DNA of 64,000 nucleotides, from NCBI RefSeq assembly GCF_009914755.1, contig NC_060943.1; one strand, written 5' to 3'. Source of the stretch: the human T2T-CHM13v2.0 reference genome, Homo sapiens. Shown piece after piece: positions 1-16,489 of the stretch (position 1 is its first letter; each line of letters opens with the position of its first letter). The notes under the pieces are model-generated. The model was given only the letters and a program-made list of their open reading frames with translations, had not been told where the DNA came from and did not search any database. The position numbers were made by a program, and so were the translations under genes.

Positions 1-314
1 AGAGGTTTAATGGACTCACAGTTCCATGTGGCTGAGGAGGTCTCACAATCATGGCGGAAGATGAAAGGCACGTCTCATGTGCCGACAGGCAGGAGAGAAT
101 GAGAACCAAGTGAAAGGGGAAACCCCTTATAAAACCATCAGATCTCGTGAGACTTACTCACTACCACGAGAACAGTATGGGGGAAACTGCCTCCACGATT
201 CAATTATCTCCCACCAGGTCTCTCCCACAACATGTAGGAATTATGGGAGTTACAATTCAAGATGAGATTTGGGTGGGGATGAGATTTGGGTGGGGACACA
301 GCCAAGCCATATCA
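1..314 (-). mobile_element. THE1 (MaLR) LTR, cut by window start
   Basis: Reverse complement starts TGATATGGCTTGGCTGTGTCCCCACCCAAATCTC, the THE1 LTR 5' end; contains a 17-bp tandem duplication (261-294). Confidence 0.9.
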
Positions 315-532
315 GCGGGGTGTTGCAGCTCCTGACCTCGCCCATTGGGAATCATGAGACGGAGCTTTGGGCTGCGGATGGAGCGCCCTGGAACACAGGC
401 AGAGGAGCGACAGACAGCAGCCTGGGGGCAGAACAAGGGGCTACCCTTGAGCCCACCCCCACCCCCAGGGAATGGAGAAGGCCCGTGTGGAATGTTCTGG
501 GCTGGAGCGTGGAGCATCCAGGCCTGACTCAC

Positions 533-680
533 TCATGCTCTCGATGTCCAGCGAGTCCACCACGGAGCGCTTGTGCTCGTCGCCTGCGATGGCCCGCTCA
601 AAGGCCTTCTGCTTCACGATCTTGTTGCACTCCTGGTATTTCATTTTGGCATCCTTGTCGTGGGGCTTCACCTTGACCAC
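533..680 (-). pseudogene. PPP5D1P: PPP5C exon-3 paralogue (148 bp; end of TPR domain plus linker), internal exon of partial duplicate PPP5D1P
   Basis: Translates VVKVKPHDKDAKMKYQECNKIVKQKAFERAIAGDEHKRSVVDSLDIESM (protein phosphatase 5); acceptor ...cttccctcccacccag (681-) and donor GTGAGT (532-527) on minus strand; no upstream PPP5C exon recognisable in the next 63 kb; neighbouring PNMA8-like sequence supports the locus assignment (from memory). Confidence 0.85.
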
Positions 681-994
681 CTGGGTGGGAGGGAAGGGGC
701 GTGCACACTGAGGCCGAGGTGGGGGCACAGCGGCTGTCCCCAGGCTGCCCAGCCCTGGATTCCATGAACGCGGAAGTCAGGCTGCCCGGGCACCAGTGCT
801 GATGGTGCAACCCTGGACATGTTTAACCTCCAAGTCTTGGTTTCTGCACCCCAAAACTGTCCATAGCTAAGCTGCTCACACCGGCACACTTCATCAACCT
901 TAGCTATAACTACATTAAAATCAAACACCTTGCCCGTCTGAGGACCATGGGCTCAGCTCCTGGTCCCCCGTGGGAACCAGTGCAGGCAGCGACA

Positions 995-1282
995 ACTCCA
1001 GGCTTCCCAGCCTTGGACTCCAGGACTTACGCCAGCTGCCCCTCAAATCCTCAGGCCTTTGGCTTCGGACTGAGAATTACACCGTTGGCTTCCCCAGTTC
1101 TGAGGCCTTCGGACTTGTTCTGAGCCACACTCCCTGCATCCCAGGGTCTCCAGCCTGCACACAGCCTCAGGACTTCTCCGCCTCCATAATTGAATGAGCC
1201 AGTTGCCCAATAAACCCCTTCTCCTATCTCTGTCTACACATATCCTGTTGATTCTGTCTCTTTGGAGAACTCTGATTAATAT
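995..1282 (+). mobile_element. MLT2 (ERVL) LTR 3' part
   Basis: Typical MLT2 end: AATAAA ... tcctgttgattctgtctctttggagaactctgattaata. Confidence 0.75.
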
Positions 1283-1391
1283 GCTTCCTCTATGAAACAA
1301 ACAGGGCTGTTCCTAGCCATCTCCCAGCCCCTAGGGAGATGAAACGCCATGGCATACCTGGCCACCGCAGGGCTCAATTAAGATGAGCTGT

Positions 1392-1691
1392 AATTATTAT
1401 TATTATTATTACTTTGAGATGGAGTCTCACTCTGTCACTCAGGCTGGAGTGTAGTGGCGCAATCTTAGCTCACTGCAACCTCCATATTCTGGGTTCAAGC
1501 AATCCTCCTTCCTCAGCCTCCTGAGTGGCTGGGATTACAGGCGCCTGACACCACCCCCAGCTAATTTTTGTATTTTTAGTAGAGATGGAGGTTTCACCAT
1601 GTTGGCCAGGCTGATCTGGAACTCCTGACCTCCTGCCCACCTCAGCCTCCCAAAGTGCTGGGATTATAGGCATGCGCCACCGCACCTGGCC
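1392..1691 (-). mobile_element. Alu (S family)
   Basis: Dimeric Alu, (TTA)n tail at 1392-1410. Confidence 0.95.
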
Positions 1692-1989
1692 AAGGTGAGT
1701 TGTCATTATTCTTCTTATTGTTATTCCCACAGCCCTGGAGCCTGGGGCTCTGTGCCTTCTACTGCCTGCCAGACAGCGAGGGGCCTGGGCCAGCAGGGCC
1801 GTTCTCCTCCGTGCCAGCTCAGTGCCAGGCCCCTCTGGCTGCCTGCCCAGCCCCAGGACTCCTGAGAGCCTGGATCCGGGGTCCTGGGGGGTAAGGGGCC
1901 CCTCCCAAAGGCTGCTGTTGCCCGGAACTCTGACGCAGCCTCAGCAGCAACCCCCAAGCAGGCTGCTCCCATCCCAGGGAAGTCCACCT

Positions 1990-2440
1990 TCCACCCCATC
2001 ACCCAGCTGAGACTGAGCCTCATCCTGGACTCCTCCCGACCCCTCAGCCCCCACAGCCCGGCAGTCACTTCACTTCTTCTGCCAAGTCGGCCTCCTGAAC
2101 ATCTCTCAGATCCAGCCATTCCCTTCTCACCCTCCAGCCCCACCCAGCCCTGACCTGGCCTCTCCTGCCCACGTTCCTGGCTCAGCCTCCACCTGGCCTC
2201 ACAGCCTCTTGTCCTGCCCTTCCAGAGGGGTGTTCCTAAGGCACAAACCTGACCCTGTCCTTTCCCTACTCGGAACCTCCCAGGGCTCCCAGAGCCTCCC
2301 GCAGAAAGCCCTGGCTCTCCCCACGGCCCTGCGTGATCTGCTCCCTGCAGCTTCATCATAACCCCCACGCACACACACTGCAGCCCCACTCACCGCCTCC
2401 ATGCTAGGCTCCGCTAACCTCTGGAACTTTGCCACCAGGT
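1990..2440 (+). mobile_element. L2 fragment
   Basis: C/T-rich diverged L2-like sequence (ctcatcctggactcctcc...). Confidence 0.5.
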
Positions 2441-3335
2441 TCTTTCTGCCTGAAGGCCAAAACCATCAACCCCCTAGGGAGACCCCCAGGCATGCGTCCA
2501 GAGACCCAGCATCCCCCATCCCTCGTCCACTATGTCACCCCACTGTGAGAGCTGAAAGGTTGTTTCTGCCCATTCAGGGACAGAGCCTACCCCAGGAGGC
2601 CCACTAGATTCTCAGGCCCACCAGGGCCCATGAGTGGCAGGACCCACACTGGGGGACTGGGAGCTGTGACCCTCTAGGCTAACGGGGAACTATGGGAGCT
2701 CTGCCTGGGGACACAGGGCCCCAGGCCTGGGCCAGTTCAAGAGATGAGTGGCTGGCAGCTCCCAGCAGATCACCAGGCTGGGGACGAACCCTGAGGGTGA
2801 GAGAGACTCCTCTCCCAAACTAGGAGTGGGCTAGGGTCCTGGACTTTGCCCCAACATCCCCCTCCCACGCCCTGCACGCCTTCAGCCCACACCATTCCAC
2901 GCTTTCAGCCCACGCCTTCTGCGGCCTCCCCGTCGGGTCCAGCCTCAGCCTCACCCGTCCCATTCATCCACATGACATCGCAAACTTGACCCTCCCCCTC
3001 CCTTATTCCAAAATTTTCTCTAGTTCCCCAGTGCCCCGGGAACAAGTCGGGTTCCTATGAAGCCCTGTATCCCGCAGTCCCACCTTCTCCCCAGTGTTAA
3101 GCTCTACTCAGGTGGGGTTCCTCTGCCTCCCCCTACCGGGCTGTAAACCCCCCGGGAAGGTAGGACCTGGGCTGTTTCAGTCCCCATCTAGGCAGGATCA
3201 GACCCTGGTGAATGCATGTGGAGGGAAGAAAGGGAAAGAAAGGGAGGAAGGGACAGAATAAGAAGGGGAGGGAGGGTGGTGCCCTTTAAAATCAAAACCT
3301 CTGGTTTCATCTTTCTTCCCTGAACTGGCTCCCCA

Positions 3336-3354
3336 CGCCCACCAGAGGGCGCTC
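3336..3354 (+). promoter_or_regulatory. CTCF motif (forward)
   Basis: CCACCAGAGGGCGC at 3339-3352 matches CTCF core CCACCAG(A/G)(G/T)GGCGC. Confidence 0.6.
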
Positions 3355-3429
3355 TGACCCAGCAAATTCCTCATACAGCAACAGCCCGTTCTACACACAA
3401 AAGGGAATTATGAAAATAAGGATTGACAC

Positions 3430-3610
3430 CAATAATCGATACTTAAAGCCCTACTGTGACCAGTACCTATGCTAAATTATCCACGTGCCTAAATCAACAC
3501 AGCAATTCTGAGAATATCTTATAAATGAGGAAAGTGAGGCTCAGAGAGGTCATTTAACTTTCCCAGTGTCACACAGCACATAAGCTGCAGAGAAGCTTCC
3601 AGCTCTGGCC
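3430..3610 (-). mobile_element. MIR
   Basis: MIR core: aaatgaggaaagtgaggctcagagaggtcatttaactttcccagtgtcacacagc. Confidence 0.75.
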
Positions 3611-3799
3611 TTGGTAACCCCACAACCTTCCGTTCCTTGGTCATAGCCTGACGTGACCAAACCACAATGCCCTCTGTGCCTGGCCCTGCCACCTCCTGCC
3701 CAACCCCCATCCCGAGGCTCAGCCACACCCTTCCACCCCCAGCTCCTTAGACATCCTGTTCCCCATTTAGTCACTGGAATCTTAGCCCATTGGCTGCCT

Positions 3800-4075
3800 C
3801 GAAAGCACTTCTTCCCTTTCCCTACCCCCACCTCCCACAAATGGTCACCTCCTCCCTTCAGCTCAATGTCACCTCCTCTGAGTAAGCCTGTCCTGATCCA
3901 GGGTTAGCTCCATCTCTTCCGACTCACCTCCCCTAAGAATCCAGGCTTTCCCTGCGCTCCAGGAGGCAGGGCTTCAGTCATCATCGTGTCCCCAGAGCCC
4001 TGCACAGGCACTACAGAAAGACTGAATGAATGAATGGATGAATGAAGTCTACGGGGTTAAATAAATGAACACTCA
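3800..4075 (+). mobile_element. L2 3' end
   Basis: Ends in (TGAA)n tail after gtgtccccagagccctgcacag. Confidence 0.65.
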
Positions 4076-4479
4076 ATGAGTGACACCCTCTCCCTCTCCC
4101 TCAGCCAGAAATTGAGACATTCTCCAACAAACACCCACAGCCAGGAAGAGAAGATCCCGGACCCGCTAGCCAAGAGTGCACGCTTCAGGCTCCCAGGACC
4201 CCCAAAATTCATCCTGCTGAGGCTGTCGGGGGATGCTGCCAGGACTCTGTTGGAAGCCAAGGCCCTAGGGCTCCTGGAGAGGGTCCCATACTCCCTTCAG
4301 TCCCTCCCCAGGCCAGGTACAGTGAGTCTCACTAATGGCATCATGCCTTTAGGGCAGAGTCTCCTGCTTTCCAGCCCAGAGTCCACTTCCCTCTCCTGAA
4401 TGATTCACCTCCATTTCTCTCCAGAGAATCCCCCTCCCCACTCTCCTTCCAGGTGACTCCTACAGGGCTCACCCAATCC

Positions 4480-5085
<606 letters not shown>

Positions 5086-5674
5086 CCACTCCTCAAAGCA
5101 TTCTCTGAGCCCCCAAGGGAAGCAGGGTGGGGGGTGGCTTCTCAGTGTCCTGCCAGTCAGTACATCTGGCTCCAAATGCTGGACCAGGAGTTAGGGGGAG
5201 AGGGAAAGGGTCTTCTGGAGTTTTTAGACCTTGGCACCATCATTTGCCATATTCCTGAGTCTTTTCACCTTGTTCCTGGGGCTCTGGGTCTCTTGTCAAC
5301 AGGGAACAAGATGACAGCTGCCTGGTAGAGACGGTATCACCATCCCTGGAGCAGATCTGTCTGGCAGGCATATTCTCAATCCCTGCATTTGCAGGACAGA
5401 CCCAAGCTTGCACAGAGGTCAGACCAGCAGCTTAGTCATGGGGTGGGCTGAAGATACGAAACAGCTGATTTTTCTCTCCATTATGTTGTCCAGGTGGAAG
5501 AAGGGATGAATGAATGAACCCTGGGGCTCATCCTAGGGCCTGGGGCTTGGCTCACCATGACAGTGTTCCCAGACACGGGGTGCAGCCCAGGAAAGAACTG
5601 AGGCCACCCTGGGGGTGCTGGTGGGACAGTTAGCAAGACATGAAAGGGACCTCCTGGGTGTCATGACATGATAA

Positions 5675-6481
<807 letters not shown>

Positions 6482-6788
6482 GGTGGTAGTTTTTTTACCT
6501 GGATAGAATCTGTGCCCCTGCATCAGGCCCAGCCCGCCGCACAACCTTCACTCAGTCTCTGTTTCACCTGGCCCACACTGGGTCCTAAACATCAAACTTA
6601 CCCTAGATCTGGAGCCTGATGCCCCAGAGGGAGGCCCACCCAGTCCCACTGACTAAGCCTGGCTCTCTGTGTGAGGCCTGTCTCCCAGAGTCACGAAAGA
6701 CCCCAGTAAACAAACAACATGCATAGTCTCGTTTTCAGTGGGCTTCTTATAACAAAAAATGCTCTGTCCCTGCAACAGCCTGAAAACG

Positions 6789-6815
6789 GTTGTCATGGAA
6801 ACAGCAGTAGCCAAT
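6789..6815 (+). promoter_or_regulatory. RFX X-box plus CCAAT box upstream of the PNMA8-like copy
   Basis: GTTGTCATGGAAAC (6789-6802; X-box consensus GTTGCCATGGCAAC) followed by agCCAATgg (6811-6815), ~450 bp upstream of the ATG. Confidence 0.55.
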
Positions 6816-7266
6816 GGAGGAGGGAGAGACAGGCCCCTCCCAGAGCCCAGGCCTCCTGCGGTGGGTGATGGGGCACAGAAGAACCATCAAGATTAAGGGG
6901 CAACGGGGAGGGGGGTGTCCCCATGTGGCTGGAGCGGGAGGAGTTTCCTCATCTGGTAGCTCTGAGAGGGAGCCGCTGCTCTCAAAGGGACCCATGAGCA
7001 TCCCTGGAGAACAGATCCATAGTCTCCTGCGGATCCTCAGACAGCTCTGGGGAGGGGTCCTGGGGAAAGGTCACTGTGAACAGCTGGCCAGCAGGCATCC
7101 AGGACGCCCGAGCCCTCATCCCCACTCCAGCATTGCCACATTCACTGAAACTGGGACTCTAAGCCCTGCGGGTGGCTTGCCAGGGTGTCATTGACACCGT
7201 GCACTGCAGTCCATCCCTATCTCAGGCTCCCTCCTGCCCCAAGATCAGTGCCCAGTGGGCGGCACC

Positions 7267-8625
7267 ATGGCCATGAGCCTTTTGCAGGACTAGTGCCAGG
7301 GGCCTGGACATGGACGCGCACAGGGCCCTGCTGGTCACCGGGATCCTGGAGGGCCTGGAGCAGGTGGATGTTGAAGCCGTCCTGCAGTCGACCCTCCTGC
7401 CCCTGGGCACGTTCGGGCTGCAACACATGAAGGGCTTGATGGATAAGAAGGCCCAGGCCGCCCTGGTGGAGTTTGTGGAGGACGTCAATCACGCTGCCAT
7501 CCCCACAGAGGTCCTGGGCAAGGATGGGATCTGGAGGGTTCTGTGGAAGGACCATGCACAGGACACGAGGTTCCTGAGGCAGATGAGACGCCTGCTGCTG
7601 GATGATGGGCCCATGCAGGCCGTGGTGGCTGGGACCCCCGGGGAGGTGCCCACCCCTCCCGCTTCAAAGACCCAGGCTGAGGGGTTGGGACAGTCATGGG
7701 GAAGGCCGGTGCCCCTCCTGGGGCTACAAGCGATAGTAACAAGAAGAGTAGGGGTCACAGAAATCGAGCCGGAAGCTAAAAGAGGGCCCGAGGGACATGT
7801 CCATTTCCCTTGGCAAAGAAGGAATCCAAGGAAGTTCCCCAGGAGAGCTTGGACATCAAGATCGAGGAGGCAGATGAGGGGGCTTGAGCAGAGATGACAA
7901 TGACAGCAGGCTGTACACAGCGCTCCAGGCAGCAGCCAGGGAGCAAGTTCACAAGAAGTGGACCCTCTGAAGCCACAAAGACGAGGCAGGTGGTCCTATG
8001 GAGTTCTTGGCCCTGATGACCAGGACAGACAAAGCCAAACAGGAGATGATGGAAGAAAGCCCTCTGATTTGATGCACTTGACCATCAAAGAAGGCAGGAG
8101 CAGTGACTCCCATATGGTGGCTCTTCTGGCCACCAGAGACATACCTGAATGAGATGCTGAAGGGCTGTAAAGCTTCAGAAAGTGGGCGGGTGCAACCACC
8201 AGGTCACAGAGCGGGGCTGGAGGACCCTGAGTTCCTGACTACTGCAGCCCTTCAGACACCAAAAGCTGCCAGGAGGTGTTGAAAATCGCTTCTGAGGCGG
8301 GGTGCGGTGGCTCATGCCTGTAATCTCAGCACTTTGGGAGGCCGAGGAAGGCAGATCACCTGAGGTCAGGAGTTTGAGACCAGCCTGGCCAACATGGTGA
8401 AACCCTGTTTCTACTAAAAATACAAAAATTAGCTGGGCGTGGTCGTGGGCTCCTGTAATCACAGCTACTCAGGAGGCCGAGGCAGGAGAATCACTGCAGC
8501 CTGGGAGGCAGAGTTTGCAGTGAACCGAGATCGCGCCACTGTACTCCAGCCTGTGCAACAGAGCAAGACTCCATCAAAAAAAAAAAAAAAAAAAGAAGGA
8601 AGGAAGGAAGGAAAGAAAGAAAGGA

Positions 8626-8689
<64 letters not shown>

Positions 8690-9242
8690 AAAAATTGCTT
8701 CTGTGATCGACTCTTTGGGCTGGAGGAATGAGAAAGAAAAAACGATGCCCTCTCGCAGGTCTTGTCTGTCCTGTCCAAGGACACCGTGGTCCCGCGGAAA
8801 GCCTGAGATGACAGGAACCTTCTGGAGTGCATTTTCACCTTGGCGCAGCCAGAACCCCCTCCCTGGAGGAAGAAGGCTGAGCCTGGCCTCCTCAGGGTCT
8901 GGGGCGAGGATTAAAAGAGACAAAAAGGACAAAAAGAGCGAAGTGGCTCCTGGAGCTGGTGGTGCGCATCTGGCGGCTCAGGCATTGCTGCAGCCGGGAG
9001 CACCACCTGGGGAAGAGGGAAAGAGGAAAAGGGTGGGGAGGTGGGAAATTCAAATACACCAAAGGCAACCAAGGGACTACGCAGCTTTCCAGGCTGCCAG
9101 TGAGGACATAAAGTCGGGAAAGGCAGCTGCAGGGGCAGCAGTAGCAGAGTTCGAGGACACAGAGAGCAAGGCATGGGAGCCTGAGGGCAAGGCGTCCAGG
9201 AAGCCCCTGGCCAAGAGGGCGCACACGGCCCCCCGGGGCCTG
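7267..9242 (+). pseudogene. PNMA8B (PNMAL2)-like disabled copy; Ty3/gypsy gag-derived PNMA family
   Basis: ATG 7267 MAMSLLQD then TAG (7291-7293, W codon), +1 frameshift, then MDAHRALLVTGILEGLEQVDVEAVLQSTLLPLG...DHAQDTRFLRQMRRLLLDDGP; later in shifting frames [53 protein letters not shown], all collinear with PNMA8B as recalled; multiple frameshifts, Alu insertion, 3' truncation. Confidence 0.9.
8296..8690 (+). mobile_element. AluS inserted into the PNMA8-like reading frame, tail expanded to (GAAA)n
   Basis: TSD aaaatcgcttctg (8282-8294) / aaaattgcttctg (8691-8703); (GAAA)n ~8596-8690. Confidence 0.95.
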
Positions 9243-9326
9243 GTCTTCAACTGCAGACACAAGTGATTCTCCCGCCTCAGCCTCCCAAAGTGCTGAGATG
9301 ATAGACGCAAGCCACCGTGACCAGTC
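9240..9326 (-). mobile_element. Old Alu/FLAM 5' fragment fused to the end of the PNMA8-like sequence
   Basis: ctggtcttcaact...cctcagcctcccaaagtgctgagat...gccaccgtgaccagtc. Confidence 0.8.
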
Positions 9327-9597
9327 TGGTGTCCACTTCTTACTTGTCCCATTCCTTGGTCTGAACACTTAGGTTCCACCCATGGTTTCGTGTTTGGCTC
9401 ATCTGGGCCTGCTCAGCATATGTGAACTTCAACCTGGGGGTCCATGGCAACTGAAAAAGCAACTCACCATTTTATTCCACAAAGTTGAACCGGATTAGGC
9501 TGGTTCTGAGGTTACATGAACAACAAGTTACCTGCTGTGACTGTAGTCCCAACTCACTCCCTACCTTGGAGGGCTGTCACTGTGTTTATCTCAGTAA

Positions 9598-10005
<408 letters not shown>

Positions 10006-10613
10006 TAGTAGTGGCTGTGGGTCAGGCAGAAGGGAGAGCCCCTGTTTGGATCTTTTCTGCAGGGGCTCACAGCATGGCCACTCATACAACACAGACCAAT
10101 GCAAGTCGCAAGTTGCCTCTTTGGGGTAAGAATGCATCCCCTCCCGCAGGGGTACCCCAAGCCACATGGCGACAGTCAGGGACCTATATCCTCCTACAGG
10201 GAGGCAGCGAATGGAACAACAAAATAATCTAACACATCGCCCGCCCCCCCATCAGAGGCAACACCTCTTCCCATGTGGCTGATGAGATCTTGTCTCCTCC
10301 ACCAGACTGTGACCACCGTGGGGACAGATTTTGTTCATTGTTGTGTCCCCAGTGCTTGGCATATTGTAAGAACTCAATGAATATGTGTTGAATCCATGAA
10401 TAAATAAACAAGTAAGTCTTGCTTTTCTGTCTCATATCTGACTCTCCCCAACCCCTCTCCCCAACTCAGGCTTCCTAGACTCAAATCCTGAATCCACTGC
10501 TTACCACCTGTGTGACCTTGGATAGATACTTAACTTCTCTGGGTCTCAATTTGTTTATTTGCAAAGTGGGAAGGATACTATTTTGTGCTTTATAGGGTTG
10601 TTATTGTAACTTA

Positions 10614-10614
<1 letters not shown>

Positions 10615-10649
<35 letters not shown>
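10615..10649. repeat. (CA)n microsatellite within a MIR
   Basis: About 17 CA units. Confidence 0.95.
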
Positions 10650-10652
<3 letters not shown>

Positions 10653-10694
10653 GTGCCTGGTATGTAGAGAGTCTTCTATACCAATTAGCTGTTG

Positions 10695-10986
10695 TGTTTG
10701 TTTGTTTGTTTGCAGAGGAGGGACAGGGTATCACTCTGTCGCTCAGGCTGGAGTATGGCAGTGCAATCTCAGCTCACTGAAACCTCTGCCTCCCAGGCTA
10801 ATGCGATCCTCCCACCTCAGCCTCCCAAGCAGCTGAGACTACAGGCTCATGCCACCACGCCTGGCTAACTTTTTGTATAGACATAGGTCTCACTACGTTA
10901 CCCAGGCTGGTCCCCCAAACTCCTGGACTCAAGCAATCTGCCTGCCTCAGCCTCCCAAAGTGCGGGATTACAGGCGTGAGCCACGC
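10695..10986 (-). mobile_element. AluJ
   Basis: Diverged dimeric Alu. Confidence 0.9.
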
Positions 10987-11271
10987 AGTTATTGCTGCTG
11001 TTGTCACTGTGGGGAAGTGGCCAAGGGCACAGGTTTGGAGCCAGAGGGTCCTGGTCTGAGTCTCACTCTGCCACGTGTTATGTTTGGCCTCAACTCCCTG
11101 AGCCTTAACGTCCTCACCTGTAAAACTCAACCTCAGGACATTCTTGTGAATTTCAGGCGTGATTTTTTATGCAAAGCATTTAGCATGCCCCTGGTGCGAT
11201 GTAAACACAAGCCATAGCTATGAGGATGTAGGAACACTGTGGGAATCCTGCGTGTGTTGATGACTGCGTGT

Positions 11272-11304
11272 GGAGCGCCCCTGCTGGACAATCACAGAAC
11301 AGCA
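11272..11304 (-). promoter_or_regulatory. CTCF motif (reverse) with upstream module
   Basis: Plus strand GCGCCCCCTGCTGG (11275-11288); minus strand reads tgctgttc-tgtgattgt-CCAGCAGGGGGCGC. Confidence 0.75.
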
Positions 11305-11469
11305 CGGCTGCCCTGACCGGAGACCTCTCTACCCCAGCATCCTCAACTGTAAAATTATAATAACAGTAATGCCAATATGAGATTGAGGATTCGTTGAGTT
11401 AATACATGTAAAGTTTCTCGAGTAGCATGATGGGTTAAAGATGAGTACAAATTCCTTATCCTTCTCCCC

Positions 11470-12230
<761 letters not shown>

Positions 12231-12322
12231 CAAATAATATCTAGAACATAGTAACAATAAGCTGCTATTATTATGTCATTCAATCTTCACAACAACTCTG
12301 TAAGGTTGACATCAATAGTACC

Positions 12323-12681
12323 TGTATTAGTCTGTTTTCACACTGGTGATAAAGATATACCCAAGACTGGGCAATTTACAAAAGAAAGAGTTTTAATGGA
12401 CTCACAGTTCCACGTGGCTGGGGAGGCCTTACAATGATGGTAGAAGGTAAAAGTCACGTCTCACATGATGGCAGACAAGAGAGTGAGAGCCAGGGAAAAG
12501 GGGTTTTCCCTTATAAAACCATTAGATCTCGTGAGACTTATTCACTACCATGAGAACAGCATGGGGGAAACCGCCCCCATGATTCCACTATCTCCCACTG
12601 GGTCCCTGCCACAACATGAGGGAATTATGGGAGCTACAATTCGAGCTGAGATTTGGGTGGGGACACCACCAGATCATGTCA
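12323..12681 (-). mobile_element. THE1 solo LTR, complete
   Basis: TG...CA ends, 5-bp TSD gtacc (12318-12322 / 12682-12686). Confidence 0.92.
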
Positions 12682-12889
12682 GTACCCAGTTCTACAGCTG
12701 TGGAAACTAAGACTGCACCCTTAACCACACTGTAGCATTTGATGGAAGTTGAAGGACCTAAAATGGGTTTCTTGTGTCAAAAGATTTAGCTGAGGGAATC
12801 AAATATATATAGATCTGTGATTTGGGCAGGAAACAGAAACCCAGAAGCCTTTTGGGAAGCACTTCCCAGGAGTATAAGATACATGCACA

Positions 12890-14660
<1,771 letters not shown>

Positions 14661-14843
14661 CAATTAAATTTGTCACAATGGGAAACTCGGGACTGGAGGG
14701 ACTGTGGGCACAGGTGTTTCCCAGGCAGGCAAGGGAAGGTTCTAATTAGGTTACAAGATGGTAAGGTCCATATGAGCAGAAACCTATGTTCGAATTGTTC
14801 ACTTCTATGTTCCTGAATTATACTGGCACTGAGGAGATGCTCA

Positions 14844-15920
<1,077 letters not shown>

Positions 15921-16150
15921 TCAATTTTAATAGAGTGGCACATTGAGAACATACCCTAAACATTCATTCTGTTCTCCCGTGCAGCCAGGAGCTCCAGTTA
16001 ATTTTCCTGTTACCAGCCTCATTTGTTAACTCTGTTCATTTGTGTCTTTCCTTGAAAGGATAATTTGAACAAAAGAGTCTAAGATTTTTTTAGAAATTGT
16101 TGCAATATCTGAAAAAAAAAAAAAAAGAACCTCCCAAAGAAACCTGCATT

Positions 16151-16191
16151 CTGATTGGTTGTCTTCCTTGATTATTTGTTGCTATGGTGAC
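16151..16191. promoter_or_regulatory. CCAAT (NF-Y) box plus RFX X-box, copy A
   Basis: CTGATTGGTT (16151-16160) and GTTGCTATGGTGAC (16178-16191). Confidence 0.6.
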
Positions 16192-16456
16192 CAGGAGGTT
16201 AAATAGCATCTCTGTATTTCCTAAAGAATAAATACTGGTTGGTTTTCTCTGGCAAATCAGAAAAGGATCATTTCTCTCCTTCCATGATCATGATGCAATA
16301 AAAGCCTAGGGCTCTTCTAGATTTATATTTTATCAAAGAAAGTGAGAGTCTTGTCTTATCCAAATTAACAGAAGCACTTAGTCCAGTGTCCAGTCGCTTG
16401 AGTGGCGGTGGCCACTCTCGGAAGGGCAATTACAAACTGTACTAATAGTAAGTCCA

Positions 16457-16489
16457 GCGCGCCATCTGGTGGCCAATTAGAGAATAGCA
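16457..16489 (-). promoter_or_regulatory. CTCF motif (reverse) with upstream module, copy A
   Basis: GCGCCATCTGGTGG (16459-16472) = CCACCAGATGGCGC on minus strand, preceded by tgctattc. Confidence 0.8.

Noticed and set aside
441-728. 95-aa ORF as a standalone gene
   Set aside because: Only 533-680 is PP5-like; flanks are intronic sequence beyond canonical splice sites
1721-2389. 222-aa G-rich ORF
   Set aside because: Antisense to C-rich L2-derived sequence, no recognisable domain
8439-9266. 275-aa ORF
   Set aside because: Starts inside an Alu at a non-ATG codon, runs through the GAAA repeat, and matches PNMA8B only in short stretches between frameshifts
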